NCBI GenBank assembly: GCA_028714495.1
Contig: JAQTMH010000005.1
Coordinates: 32,840-96,839 of the forward strand
From: Patescibacteria group bacterium
Lineage (GTDB): Bacteria; Patescibacteriota; Patescibacteriia; JAHIZJ01
Reading direction: 5' to 3'
DNA length: 64,000 nt
Both the position numbers and the translations under genes were made by a program. Shown here in pieces: positions 49,843-58,962 of the stretch; the stretch's first letter is position 1, and each line of letters opens with the position of its first letter. The notes under the pieces were generated by a model, which made no database searches, was not told the origin of the DNA, and saw nothing but the letters and a program-made list of their open reading frames with translations.

Positions 49843-50319
49843 CTACTTCGGCGGATCCTGCCAAGTGGTGGCTTTGCCATCCGCCGGCAGCCTCACCTTG
49901 TACCCACCGTAGCACCAGGGCCATCCAGTCTTTCCGTTGGCGCCCCGGCAGTGCAGATACAGAGTCAGGTTCTTGTCGCAGGAACCGATGGCGTAGGTGA
50001 CCTCGCTTGCCGAATCCGGAACGTTGACAAGCTCGGGATCACCCATCAAACAATTGTCCCCTGACAACGAGACGGTGTAGGGTCCGGTGCCCGGGCCATC
50101 GTCCCACTGAACCTGCGTCGGGAATTGGACATGGGCCGTGAACAGGTACATCCCGCCGCCGATGTAGCTGACCTTGAAGTTGGGGTTGTCGATCACGACC
50201 ACGGTATCCGTGGGCGCGGACGCAGGCGTGACCGCCGACGGCGTGATCTGTGCCATCGCCGGAGCAATGCAGAAAGCCATCACTGCCAGCGTCAGCAACA
50301 GAACCAGGGTCTTTCTCAT
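49843..50319 (-). CDS. secreted hypothetical protein (GC-rich island)
   Basis: Start placed at MRKTLVLLLTLAVMAFCIAPAMA (signal peptide), with SD AAAGGGAGGAAGG upstream. GC about 58%. Confidence 0.5.
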   Translation of the reverse strand: MRKTLVLLLTLAVMAFCIAPAMAQITPSAVTPASAPTDTVVVIDNPNFKVSYIGGGMYLFTAHVQFPTQVQWDDGPGTGPYTVSLSGDNCLMGDPELVNVPDSASEVTYAIGSCDKNLTLYLHCRGANGKTGWPWCYGGYKVRLPADGKATTWQDPPK

Positions 50320-50380
50320 CTTTCCTTCCTCCCTTTCGTTTTTGGTGGTTGGCGATCTGATACAGTTCCGAAACGTGGTT

Positions 50381-51250
50381 CTAGTTCCCGCCGATGATGA
50401 TGCCGTAGCGCCGCTCATCGCCGGGACGGAGGTTGACTACCTGTCCGTCCGACGTGACGCGATATTCGAACACGAACCATCCGCCGCCGAGGTCCCGGAG
50501 GTTCTTCAGCTCCGTGGCAGCGGAGAAGTTCCCGACCGGACCGACGAATACGCCGGAGCGCAACTCGTCACCATTCGTCTTCTGCAAGCGGATCAGCGCC
50601 AATGAGTTCTTGCGAACCCTCATGGTTGTCGTCCAAGTGCTGTCAGCGAATTGCATCGGGTGGGTCGTGTACTGGAAAGTTGTCCACGTTCCCCACCAGT
50701 ACACCGGTCTGTCGGGGTTGGCAGGCCAGTCCAGGTTCGGGTCGTTGAAAGCCGTACCCGTGTACCAGACCTGGGCGCCCATGATGGAGTCCACGACGCC
50801 GGGATTGACCATGACTTGGCCATTCTCGACGTACAGTTGGAACTCACGCAAGATGGACCATTCGGTACCACGAGACGACAGCAACTGCTGGTCGTTGACG
50901 GCAACATCCAGCAGCCGGTTCATCCGATCCTCCCCGTCCATGTACCAGAAGCCGACGGTGAATCTCTCGGTTCCCCAGACCGACCTCGAGTAGGTACCCG
51001 TGACGTGTCCCTCTGAGAATGTCCCGAACAAGTGGAGCGTGTCAGGATTGGCGCTCGAGACGACATCGCCTGTGATGTACACCGGCCATCCGTCTTGTGC
51101 TCCCATCGGAGCCGTCGCGTTGAGCGTCAAGCTGACAGTCTCCTGGTCGGAAAGCCCGGGAGCGGCGAAATCCCAGCTGTCGCGCGAGCACCCGGCGCAA
51201 ATCGCCAGGACACCGATCACCAGCCATAGCCATCCGTGCATACGACTCAT
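50381..51250 (-). CDS. hypothetical lipoprotein (GC-rich island)
   Basis: Signal plus lipobox LAICAGCS. SD GAGGAGGAG. 289 aa. Confidence 0.5.
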   Translation of the reverse strand: MSRMHGWLWLVIGVLAICAGCSRDSWDFAAPGLSDQETVSLTLNATAPMGAQDGWPVYITGDVVSSANPDTLHLFGTFSEGHVTGTYSRSVWGTERFTVGFWYMDGEDRMNRLLDVAVNDQQLLSSRGTEWSILREFQLYVENGQVMVNPGVVDSIMGAQVWYTGTAFNDPNLDWPANPDRPVYWWGTWTTFQYTTHPMQFADSTWTTTMRVRKNSLALIRLQKTNGDELRSGVFVGPVGNFSAATELKNLRDLGGGWFVFEYRVTSDGQVVNLRPGDERRYGIIIGGN

Positions 51251-51263
51251 CTTCGCTCCTCCT

Positions 51264-53114
51264 CTACCAGCCGTGGTCCAGGCCGATGCCGAACCAATGG
51301 CGGTCTGTGTGTGTGACCTCTCCGTTTGTCAGATTCCGATCGGTTGTGTCATTCATGAACTTGTACAAACCCTTGATTCGCCAGTACCGGTTAAAGCGGT
51401 ACTCGAAGCCCGCGCCAGGCCCGTTCCAGTCGAAACTCCATACCTGGCTGTCATACGACCAGGAGTCGTAAGACGCGTAGAGTACGAGCTTGTCCACTGG
51501 CTTGATGCCGATCCTTCCTTCGAAAACCCGCATCGTATCAGCGGAGAACGACAGGGTCTGGCCGTCGAAGTGACGAGCCTGCTCCTTTCGAAGCGCTCGA
51601 TCATAGGACGCCCGGAAATAGAACTTTCCAGGCTCAACAGTGTAGTTGCCGCCCAAGGAGTAGTCGAGGTTGGTACCACGCTTGTAGGTCATCTCGTAAT
51701 ACCCCAGCTGTGGAGTAATGCCGAGAATCCGACCATACCAGCCGTACCCATCGAAATACTTCGCCTTCTCCTGGGCGTGAATGAGGGTTGGCGTAACGTT
51801 GGTGTACTGTACGTACTCGCGCTGGCTTGATAGATACCAAGCTCCAGGTTCAAACCCTGTCCGCCAGAGACCTTGGAGGTCTCCGAGGATCCAGGCCCGT
51901 CCTCCGAGCCGATATTCACCGCTGACATGGTTCTTGTCCATGACAGCTTGTTCGACCCGGATGACAGTTGACATGTCGCAGAAGGGTCCCCAGCCATCAT
52001 AGCCGGAGATCCTCGGCAGCCACTCAAGGCCGCCGAAAACCGAGTGTTGATACGCATCATCCCTCACGTCCGCGTAGGCCAAACGGTAGTCCAGCCACCA
52101 CACTCCGCCCTGCACGAAATTGTGCGAAGTTTCAGGTGGAGCAGTGATCGGCGTAGCAACTGTCTGCGTAGGCGGAGCTGCGGTGCTGACTGGCGGAGGT
52201 TGCTGAATAGTGACGTCAGTCGAACCTTCATAGGAAAGAGGCACACGAACGAAGGCTCCGTTTTGGCAGTCGACGAACTGATACAGATAGTACCGGTAAT
52301 CGCCGAGGTCAACGGGATCATACTGCAGTGCTACCAGCCGATCAATCGGTTTGTGGTTCTTCGCGTCCTTCCAGTAGCAGACGGTTCTTCCCCAGGACTT
52401 CACGTCCTTTGAGAAACGCCCGCCGAAGATGAGCGCGTCGAGAACCAGCGGTTTGGATTCAGTGGAATACATCCAAACTGAATCCGGTTGGTTACCCCCG
52501 ATAATCGACTCCCACTGCGCGCGGACTTGTTCCGGTACGTTCATGAGCCGAAGTTGATCCTTCAGCTCGATTCCAGCCGGGTCACCGTTGGCGAAGTTCC
52601 ACGTGCGGAGCACATCAGATGGCTGCGCCATGAAAATCTTCGCGTCTGCTTTGGGTTTCCTACCAGTCGCCTGGTTGAAGCGCTTGATGTCCTCTTCGGA
52701 CACCCCAGCCTCTTTGGCGATCTCTTGCCAGCTTTCTCCCTTTTTGACGACTCTGGTAGGCGGCAGCTGAATCGGTTCCGGCTGCTTTTCCGTGCGTCTG
52801 ATATCGAGTTTGGTGTCCTGCACCGGGATCCATTCAGACCCCTTACAATACGCCAGTACCCGATATTCCACCCAGAAAGCGTCTCCACCCACCTGTTCAA
52901 CCGCGAAGTTGCCGTCTTTCGGCACCTGGATCCGTGTGATCCGTGAGTCAACAAGCTGTCCCACCTCAACCATGTTGCCGCCACCGGGCATGGTTACGTT
53001 GGCAAGATTGACAACCTTGCCATAAGGGGGCTGCTCGCACTGCGCGAAGACTGCGGAGCCGGTCGTCAATACGACCAGCGCGACCAAAACCGCCAGAACC
53101 GTATACCAACGCAT
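51264..53114 (-). CDS. secreted LysM-domain protein with C-terminal outer-membrane-type beta-barrel (GC-rich island)
   Basis: Signal peptide, a LysM-like segment (ESWQEIAKEAGVSEEDIKRF), and a C-terminal ~270 aa of amphipathic beta strands ending ..FGIGLDHGW. SD AAAGGAGGAT. Confidence 0.5.
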   Translation of the reverse strand: MRWYTVLAVLVALVVLTTGSAVFAQCEQPPYGKVVNLANVTMPGGGNMVEVGQLVDSRITRIQVPKDGNFAVEQVGGDAFWVEYRVLAYCKGSEWIPVQDTKLDIRRTEKQPEPIQLPPTRVVKKGESWQEIAKEAGVSEEDIKRFNQATGRKPKADAKIFMAQPSDVLRTWNFANGDPAGIELKDQLRLMNVPEQVRAQWESIIGGNQPDSVWMYSTESKPLVLDALIFGGRFSKDVKSWGRTVCYWKDAKNHKPIDRLVALQYDPVDLGDYRYYLYQFVDCQNGAFVRVPLSYEGSTDVTIQQPPPVSTAAPPTQTVATPITAPPETSHNFVQGGVWWLDYRLAYADVRDDAYQHSVFGGLEWLPRISGYDGWGPFCDMSTVIRVEQAVMDKNHVSGEYRLGGRAWILGDLQGLWRTGFEPGAWYLSSQREYVQYTNVTPTLIHAQEKAKYFDGYGWYGRILGITPQLGYYEMTYKRGTNLDYSLGGNYTVEPGKFYFRASYDRALRKEQARHFDGQTLSFSADTMRVFEGRIGIKPVDKLVLYASYDSWSYDSQVWSFDWNGPGAGFEYRFNRYWRIKGLYKFMNDTTDRNLTNGEVTHTDRHWFGIGLDHGW

Positions 53115-53262
53115 CGGATCCTCCTTTGGGTCTCCCCGTGTATCTTGTGATTCAAAACTACCTATTCAGTTGTCAGTGAGCCATCTATTGAGCCAAAGGC
53201 TCTAAAGTCCTGTGAGTGTTAGCTTCAACTGGACTTATAAAGCCTTCGGCCAGAATATTTAA

Positions 53263-54174
53263 TTATTCAAAATTACGGAATTCCTCTTCAGGTTCATTCC
53301 ACTTTTTTGGAGGTTGTCCTGGTTCTGGAATATCCTTGACATGGTCATAGAGTGTTTTTATCCGTCTATCTTGAAAATGTTCCTCCGGGTGGTTTTTTTC
53401 TCTGTTGACGGCGCCGACTTCTTCTATCTTGTTTTGTTTTGGATAATAACTTTCGAAAACAAATTCATTTTTCTTCTTGATAACCGGCTGCCGTTCGTCA
53501 ATCTCTTTTGTTATCTCGGATTTTTCTTCTTTCAACCCGCCCGTGCTTTTCACTTTTTTCAATTCGGGAGATGCCTTGGTCATTGATCTGAGAATATGAT
53601 AACCGCTCGAACCAACAAATCCAATAATAAATCCCGCAGCCAGATTTAAGGGAATGTTCGGCCGAACCGGATTATTGCTGGTCAATGGGTAGTCAACAAT
53701 CTTGAGGATTATCGAATTACCGCCGCCCAGATATTCCACGCCATTTTCCGACAGCACCATGGCTAAGGCCTTGGCCACGCTGTTTGCTTTATTCTTATCC
53801 TGATTATAAACCGAGATTTTTACCAAGCCGACTTCGGGCATTACCCTTGTTTCAATCTGATGTTTCCATTGCTCACGCTTCTTCGCTTCATCACCGTTGA
53901 GGATAGTGTCTTTTGACAAATAACCTGAGCTGGCCACTTTATCATAAAACGAAGTCGTATAAATAACTCGGGCCAGCGAATTGCTCAGTCTTTCAGCCGA
54001 CTTAGCCGCGGAGTAAGCATCCAAGTTTTGTGATTTTTCGATCACCATTAAAGAGAAAGTTGAGCCATACTCAAATGGCTGAATAAACGTGAAGATTACG
54101 CTAATAGCCAAAGCTAATAGTGTAATTAGACCGATTGATTTCCAATTTTCCTTAATCTTAGCGAAATAATTCAT
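53263..54174 (-). CDS. polysaccharide co-polymerase / chain-length determinant (Wzz-like)
   Basis: An N-terminal TM, a periplasmic domain and a second TM (LNLAAGFIIGFVGSSGY), with a charged C-terminal tail. Confidence 0.6.
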   Translation of the reverse strand: MNYFAKIKENWKSIGLITLLALAISVIFTFIQPFEYGSTFSLMVIEKSQNLDAYSAAKSAERLSNSLARVIYTTSFYDKVASSGYLSKDTILNGDEAKKREQWKHQIETRVMPEVGLVKISVYNQDKNKANSVAKALAMVLSENGVEYLGGGNSIILKIVDYPLTSNNPVRPNIPLNLAAGFIIGFVGSSGYHILRSMTKASPELKKVKSTGGLKEEKSEITKEIDERQPVIKKKNEFVFESYYPKQNKIEEVGAVNREKNHPEEHFQDRRIKTLYDHVKDIPEPGQPPKKWNEPEEEFRNFE

Positions 54175-54332
54175 ATTAATTGCTATTCTTTAAATTAATA
54201 ATATACGTTTTATGTGCATTGCCTGTAAAACGAATAAAATTAACATAGATTAACAACCTTGTCAAGGGGATAACAAAAGAACAGACTGACCGAGTCTGTT
54301 TAATTTAGATTAAAACGCGATTTTAGACAATA

Positions 54333-54485
54333 TCAGGTAAAAAGCTCAACTATATTATCCATAAGAAGCAAAACAACAAACATGATCAAAATTAATAATC
54401 CTAGGCAGCTTATACCGATAAAAAATAAAATACGACTGATAAATAATTTCTTTTCAATTTCTTGTTCATTTTGTTTATCAATCAT
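54333..54485 (-). CDS. small single-TM protein (50 aa) translationally coupled to the AMP phosphorylase gene; not in the ORF track
   Basis: TGA-AC-ATG junction with the deoA-like gene. Translation: MIDKQNEQEIEKKLFISRILFFIGISCLGLLILIMFVVLLLMDNIVELFT. Confidence 0.3.
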   Translation of the reverse strand: MIDKQNEQEIEKKLFISRILFFIGISCLGLLILIMFVVLLLMDNIVELFT

Positions 54486-54487
54486 GT

Positions 54488-55981
54488 TCAGGCGATATCA
54501 AAAATTTTTATTTTGCTGATGGCCGCTTCAGCCAATCTCATCCTTTCGCGGCTCTGGGCGTAAAGGGTATAGGTGGGATCGCCCTCTTTAACAATGCCTC
54601 CGATCCTTTGATGAAGATGCAGACCGGCTAATTTTTCTTCGGGCGCTCCCAGAAGTCGGGCGATCTCATCGATGGCCATATCGTTGACTTTAACGATTCT
54701 GCCATCCTTTTGAGCAAAGCACCGATGTTTGATCGCTCCCATAGTCAGATCATCCGCCTTAATCCTCGGGTTGCCGCCCTGCAACTTGATAATGCTTTGC
54801 ATCTTTTTCCAGGCCTGGCCTGAATCAAGAATTGCCTGGGCGCGAGAGCGACCCTGGCCACGTTTTACTTTGCCGCAGAGTTCAAGAAGTTCGCCGGCTA
54901 AGAGTACCGATTTTTTTTCGAGATCCCGCGGTCTTAGGGGGTGGCGTTGGAGAACTCTCAAAACATCCCTGGCTTCGAGCGCCGGTCCGACTCCCCGGCC
55001 GATCGGTTCAAGCGCTTCCGACATTCTAACCTTTAGCTTCATGCCAAACCTTCTTCCAAGATATAAAAATTTTCGTTCAATCTCCCAAGCCAGTTTTATA
55101 TTCGGTATCTTGGTATTCGGACCAACCGGCATATCGATCACGAGGTATTTAATACCCATGGCAACCTTCTTGGCCATAATACTGACAATCATCTTGTTGT
55201 ACGGCTCAATGCCCAATGGGTGCGAGGCTCGAATAATTCGGTCATCCGCCGGCGCAATATTTAATTCGCCGCCCCAAAGCAAACAACAGTTATTCTTTTT
55301 CACGAATTTTTTAATATTTTCCACGGAATGCTCAACCGGCGCCAGCACTTCCATCGTATCCGCTGTACCAGCCGGCGAGGTTACGGCTCTCGAAGAAGTT
55401 TTTGGAATAATTAAGCCAGTCGCCGCCACAATCGGCACCAGTACCATTGAAGTCCGGTTGCCGGCCAAACCGCCGACCGAATGCTTGTCCACGACCTTGC
55501 CGGGAAAATAAATAGTATTTCCGGTTTCAGCCATAGCCTTGGTCAAAAAATAAAGTTCTTCGTCAGAATAATGCCGGGCAAAACTACTGGCCACGAAATA
55601 GCTAATTTCACTCCGACCCAGTCGGCGATCAACAATGTCTTTGATGATTGAATAAATTTCTTTATATGACAATTCATGGCCGAGTAATTTCTTGATTATC
55701 GCTTTAATCGAGGCCGGCCTAGACAAAACCTTGACCTGGACTATTTGCCCCTTTTTCAAAGGATAGTCTTCCCAAATTTCCCGAAACAGACCAATTTCAC
55801 CGGGTTTGACCCTAGAGCTAGTGAAATCAGCCTCGGCAATCAGTTTATGTTTGCCCCATCTAATTTCCAGATCGTCATTAGGCTGAATCCCCAAATTTTT
55901 CGCTTCTTTATCCCGCAAAACAGCCACGTAAGCTCCCTCAGCAACAAAATCCAATTGTTTGCTTTTTAAGAAAAATGGCAT
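54488..55981 (-). CDS. AMP phosphorylase (archaeal-type thymidine-phosphorylase-family DeoA)
   Basis: The thymidine-phosphorylase core (SSRAVTSPAGTADTMEVL) with an archaeal AMPpase-type N-terminal extension. 497 aa. Adjacent to RuBisCO. Confidence 0.8.
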   Translation of the reverse strand: MPFFLKSKQLDFVAEGAYVAVLRDKEAKNLGIQPNDDLEIRWGKHKLIAEADFTSSRVKPGEIGLFREIWEDYPLKKGQIVQVKVLSRPASIKAIIKKLLGHELSYKEIYSIIKDIVDRRLGRSEISYFVASSFARHYSDEELYFLTKAMAETGNTIYFPGKVVDKHSVGGLAGNRTSMVLVPIVAATGLIIPKTSSRAVTSPAGTADTMEVLAPVEHSVENIKKFVKKNNCCLLWGGELNIAPADDRIIRASHPLGIEPYNKMIVSIMAKKVAMGIKYLVIDMPVGPNTKIPNIKLAWEIERKFLYLGRRFGMKLKVRMSEALEPIGRGVGPALEARDVLRVLQRHPLRPRDLEKKSVLLAGELLELCGKVKRGQGRSRAQAILDSGQAWKKMQSIIKLQGGNPRIKADDLTMGAIKHRCFAQKDGRIVKVNDMAIDEIARLLGAPEEKLAGLHLHQRIGGIVKEGDPTYTLYAQSRERMRLAEAAISKIKIFDIA

Positions 55982-55985
55982 TTTA

Positions 55986-57239
55986 TTATTTCCAGTGTTT
56001 TAGAGCTGCCTTTAGGACCGGGCTATCCTCAGCCTGTTTGTTGATCGGCGTGCCTTTGACCGCTGCTAGGACCGCTTCTTTTACTGCCTGGGCTCCGGCT
56101 AGAGTTCCGTTCGGATGGCCGTGTATTCCACCGCCAAAGTTTACTATCACATCCGGTCCGGTAATTTTATAAAGCCGTGCGATTAATCCCGGGTGAAGTC
56201 CGCCTGAAGCGATCGGCATTACTTTTTTAATCCGGCCCCAGGGCTTTTTTAAAAACGAATTGATTGCCACGGTCTCTTCGACTGAACCTGCCATTTTCCC
56301 GACCACGGTGCCAGTATGAAGCTGGTCAATGCCCGCCAGCCGCGCCAGCTTCGCGATAACCAGCATTGAAATTCCGCGCTCCGGATCGCGGGTAATCGCT
56401 GAATGCATTGCCCGGTGGCCATGGAGAATCAAACCGAGCTTGGCTTGGCGCAAAGCCTGCAAGCCAGAAAAGCCGATCGTCATGATATCAACCATGGCGC
56501 AATTGCCACCCTGGCTCTTGATATACTTTGCCCGGCGGATCATTTCGTCAGCCGGCGCCGTGATATTAAACGCGCAGATTTTCATTTCGCCGGTTTCTCG
56601 CTCAGCCCGGCGAGCCAGCCTTAGGGTTTCTCTGACTCTGTTTGTAAATGGATTGAACTTCAAGTCAGTTAAATTTTCATCGTCTTTGACCAAGTCGGCT
56701 CCGCCTTTGAAGCAGAGGTAGGCAAATCGAGCGTGCGCTCTCCAGCTCAAACCGATTTTCGGCTTCATAATCGCTCCGATTAAAGGCCGGCCCGGTATTT
56801 TTATTTTTCGGCGTACGCCCGCTATACCAAAGGCTGGTCCGGCAAAGGAATTGATATAAACAAGGGGCAGATCCAAATCTACCAGCCGCAATTTTGAAAC
56901 CACCTTCATGCTGAAAATATTTCCAGACACGCTCGACAAAAGCTGAGGTATGTTTCCTGGTTCAAAGAGCTCAATGGGATAAGCGATTCTAGCTAAATTT
57001 TTTTTAGTATTCAGGCCAATAACCTTAGCCGAAAGTCTTTTAAAAACCGACTCGCTCAACGTTCCAACTTCGGTCCAGGTGCCAATTGATGACTCGCCAG
57101 CCACAATCTGGGCGATTTCCTTTAAAGGCAACTTCGATTCAATTCGAAAAGTTGCCACCAGGTGGCTCTTTAAGTCAAGCCGCCGATTCAGCGCTAAATA
57201 ATTTGATTTGGGGCGGGCATTTTTCATTGTAAAATCCAC
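55986..57239 (-). CDS. rbcL: ribulose-1,5-bisphosphate carboxylase large subunit, form II/III
   Basis: GAIMKPKIGLS and GGADLVKDDENL active-site motifs. 417 aa. Confidence 0.9.
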   Translation of the reverse strand: MDFTMKNARPKSNYLALNRRLDLKSHLVATFRIESKLPLKEIAQIVAGESSIGTWTEVGTLSESVFKRLSAKVIGLNTKKNLARIAYPIELFEPGNIPQLLSSVSGNIFSMKVVSKLRLVDLDLPLVYINSFAGPAFGIAGVRRKIKIPGRPLIGAIMKPKIGLSWRAHARFAYLCFKGGADLVKDDENLTDLKFNPFTNRVRETLRLARRAERETGEMKICAFNITAPADEMIRRAKYIKSQGGNCAMVDIMTIGFSGLQALRQAKLGLILHGHRAMHSAITRDPERGISMLVIAKLARLAGIDQLHTGTVVGKMAGSVEETVAINSFLKKPWGRIKKVMPIASGGLHPGLIARLYKITGPDVIVNFGGGIHGHPNGTLAGAQAVKEAVLAAVKGTPINKQAEDSPVLKAALKHWK

Positions 57240-58156
57240 GGGTAGTACTTTTTTGCGTATTGTCTCACTTGCCTTGGCTCGATCAAACCAAATTCAGTCA
57301 CTAAATAAGTTATTTGATTGGCCGGTACTTTATCAAAGGCGAAATTCAGAATTTCCAGGCCAGCTGGCGCGCCAGCCCAAACCTCCTTAGCCGGCCGTTT
57401 CTCTATTTTCACCGGTATCTGGCCGACGCATTTCAATAGGCTGGCCACGATGTAAACTGGCACATGATTGACGCTGGCCGAGAGGGTTAAGCCAAAGCTG
57501 CCTATTTTATTTAACACTGAACCGTCGGGCATAATCGCGTCTGCCCCGATGACAACCGAATTCATCATTAAATCGCGTCCTGACGCGGGACTGATCAAAA
57601 ATGGTCCAGCGCTATCGACAATCATAGTGACTGGAATTCCCTTGGTCCGAAGCGCCTTGGCGGTAATTCGTCCCTGAAAAAGTGGCCGGGTTTCAGAAGT
57701 GTACACGTGGAATTTCTTTTTTCTGTGCGTCTCAATCAGAAGCTGTTCAGTTGTCGAAGAATGGCAATGGGTAAAAATCCTATCCCCGCTTTTAATGATT
57801 GCCCGCCCCAAAAGGCTGATTCGACTCTGAGTTTGCGCCAGCAGTTTAATGAATTCCTGGGCGCTTTTTTTCAGAATAAAAACCGAGGGCTGCTGGTTGA
57901 TCCTCTTCCAGACAAATAATAGTCCGTTTCTAGTCAGAGGTTCGGTCGGACGACTGTGCTGAAGGAGATAAGCCATCGCTACCTTCATTTCGTGTTTCCA
58001 GTTTTGCGATTTTTTTATCTTTAGGTTCGAACCAAACCGTACATAGGCTTCAAGCGTAGCTCGGGCGACAGCGGTGGCGCCTTGAATTTTTATGCTCTGG
58101 ATGTCCCGGATAACGCCGTTAAAAGAGTTGTAATGCATAATTTTAAAATTATTCAA
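57224..58156 (-). CDS. ribose-1,5-bisphosphate isomerase (e2b2 / eIF-2B-like family)
   Basis: 310 aa eIF-2B alpha/beta/delta-like protein immediately upstream of rbcL. Forms the canonical AMP-salvage trio. Confidence 0.75.
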   Translation of the reverse strand: MNNFKIMHYNSFNGVIRDIQSIKIQGATAVARATLEAYVRFGSNLKIKKSQNWKHEMKVAMAYLLQHSRPTEPLTRNGLLFVWKRINQQPSVFILKKSAQEFIKLLAQTQSRISLLGRAIIKSGDRIFTHCHSSTTEQLLIETHRKKKFHVYTSETRPLFQGRITAKALRTKGIPVTMIVDSAGPFLISPASGRDLMMNSVVIGADAIMPDGSVLNKIGSFGLTLSASVNHVPVYIVASLLKCVGQIPVKIEKRPAKEVWAGAPAGLEILNFAFDKVPANQITYLVTEFGLIEPRQVRQYAKKYYPWILQ

Positions 58157-58209
58157 TTAAAAAAACTCACCAAACGCCTGAAGGTTACCGCCTTTTAAGT
58201 ATAACCGGT

Positions 58210-58578
58210 CTATTTTGGTAAATACCTCTTAATTTTATTGACCAAATCCGCCAGCTTGACATTGGCTTTGACATAGTAGTCTTTGGCGCCTAAATCTTTA
58301 GCCTTTTTTATCTCGGTTTTCTCGCCAAAATTTGAGAGAACAATAATGGGCAGATTCTTCCAAGTCTTGTCTTTTTTGATCTCATCGAGAACCGCGTAGC
58401 CGTTTTTCTTGGGCATCAATAGATCTAATAATACAACCTCCGGTTTAAAAGACCTTATTTTTTCCAGCCCCATTTCACCGTCCATTGCCGTCTCGACCTC
58501 ATAGCCGCTTTTCCTAAGCTTGTCGCTTAAGGCCTGTGAAAGGAATGCTTCATCTTCGACAACAAGTACTTTTGCCAT
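58210..58578 (-). CDS. stand-alone response-regulator receiver protein (CheY-like)
   Basis: VLVVEDE..LLDLLMP..K receiver motifs. 122 aa, no output domain. Confidence 0.8.
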   Translation of the reverse strand: MAKVLVVEDEAFLSQALSDKLRKSGYEVETAMDGEMGLEKIRSFKPEVVLLDLLMPKKNGYAVLDEIKKDKTWKNLPIIVLSNFGEKTEIKKAKDLGAKDYYVKANVKLADLVNKIKRYLPK

Positions 58579-58580
58579 GG

Positions 58581-58958
58581 CTACTTCTTGGTATATTCGT
58601 GGATCTTGGTTTTTATCTCTTCTAGATTGGTCTTAGTTTTGACCAAATATTCCGCCACTCCGAAATCCCTTGCCTTTTTGATATACGAGGAATCGTCTAA
58701 ATTGCTCAGGATTAACACTGGTATTTCTTTGGTCGTGGGATCGGCCTTCAACTTTTCTAAGACCTCAAATCCGCTCATCTTCGGCATGATTAAATCAAGT
58801 AGAATAATGTTCGGCTTCTTGGTTTTAGCGAATTCTACGCCGTCATTACCGTTTCTGGCCAATTCAATAATAAAATCGTTTTTTTCCAGCTTGGTTTTTA
58901 GCGCTTTGCTAATTATATCCTCGTCCTCAACAACGAGTACGGTTATTTTGTTGTTCAT
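58581..58958 (-). CDS. stand-alone response-regulator receiver protein (CheY-like)
   Basis: VLVVEDEDIIS..LLDLIMP motifs. 125 aa. Confidence 0.8.
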   Translation of the reverse strand: MNNKITVLVVEDEDIISKALKTKLEKNDFIIELARNGNDGVEFAKTKKPNIILLDLIMPKMSGFEVLEKLKADPTTKEIPVLILSNLDDSSYIKKARDFGVAEYLVKTKTNLEEIKTKIHEYTKK

Positions 58959-58962
58959 ATTA

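Noticed and set aside
50125-51830. Long + strand ORFs in the GC-rich island (50174..50605, 50433..50993, 51000..51830 and others)
   Set aside because: High GC suppresses stop codons, and these lie antisense to three minus-strand genes that have signal peptides, strong SDs and a terminator.
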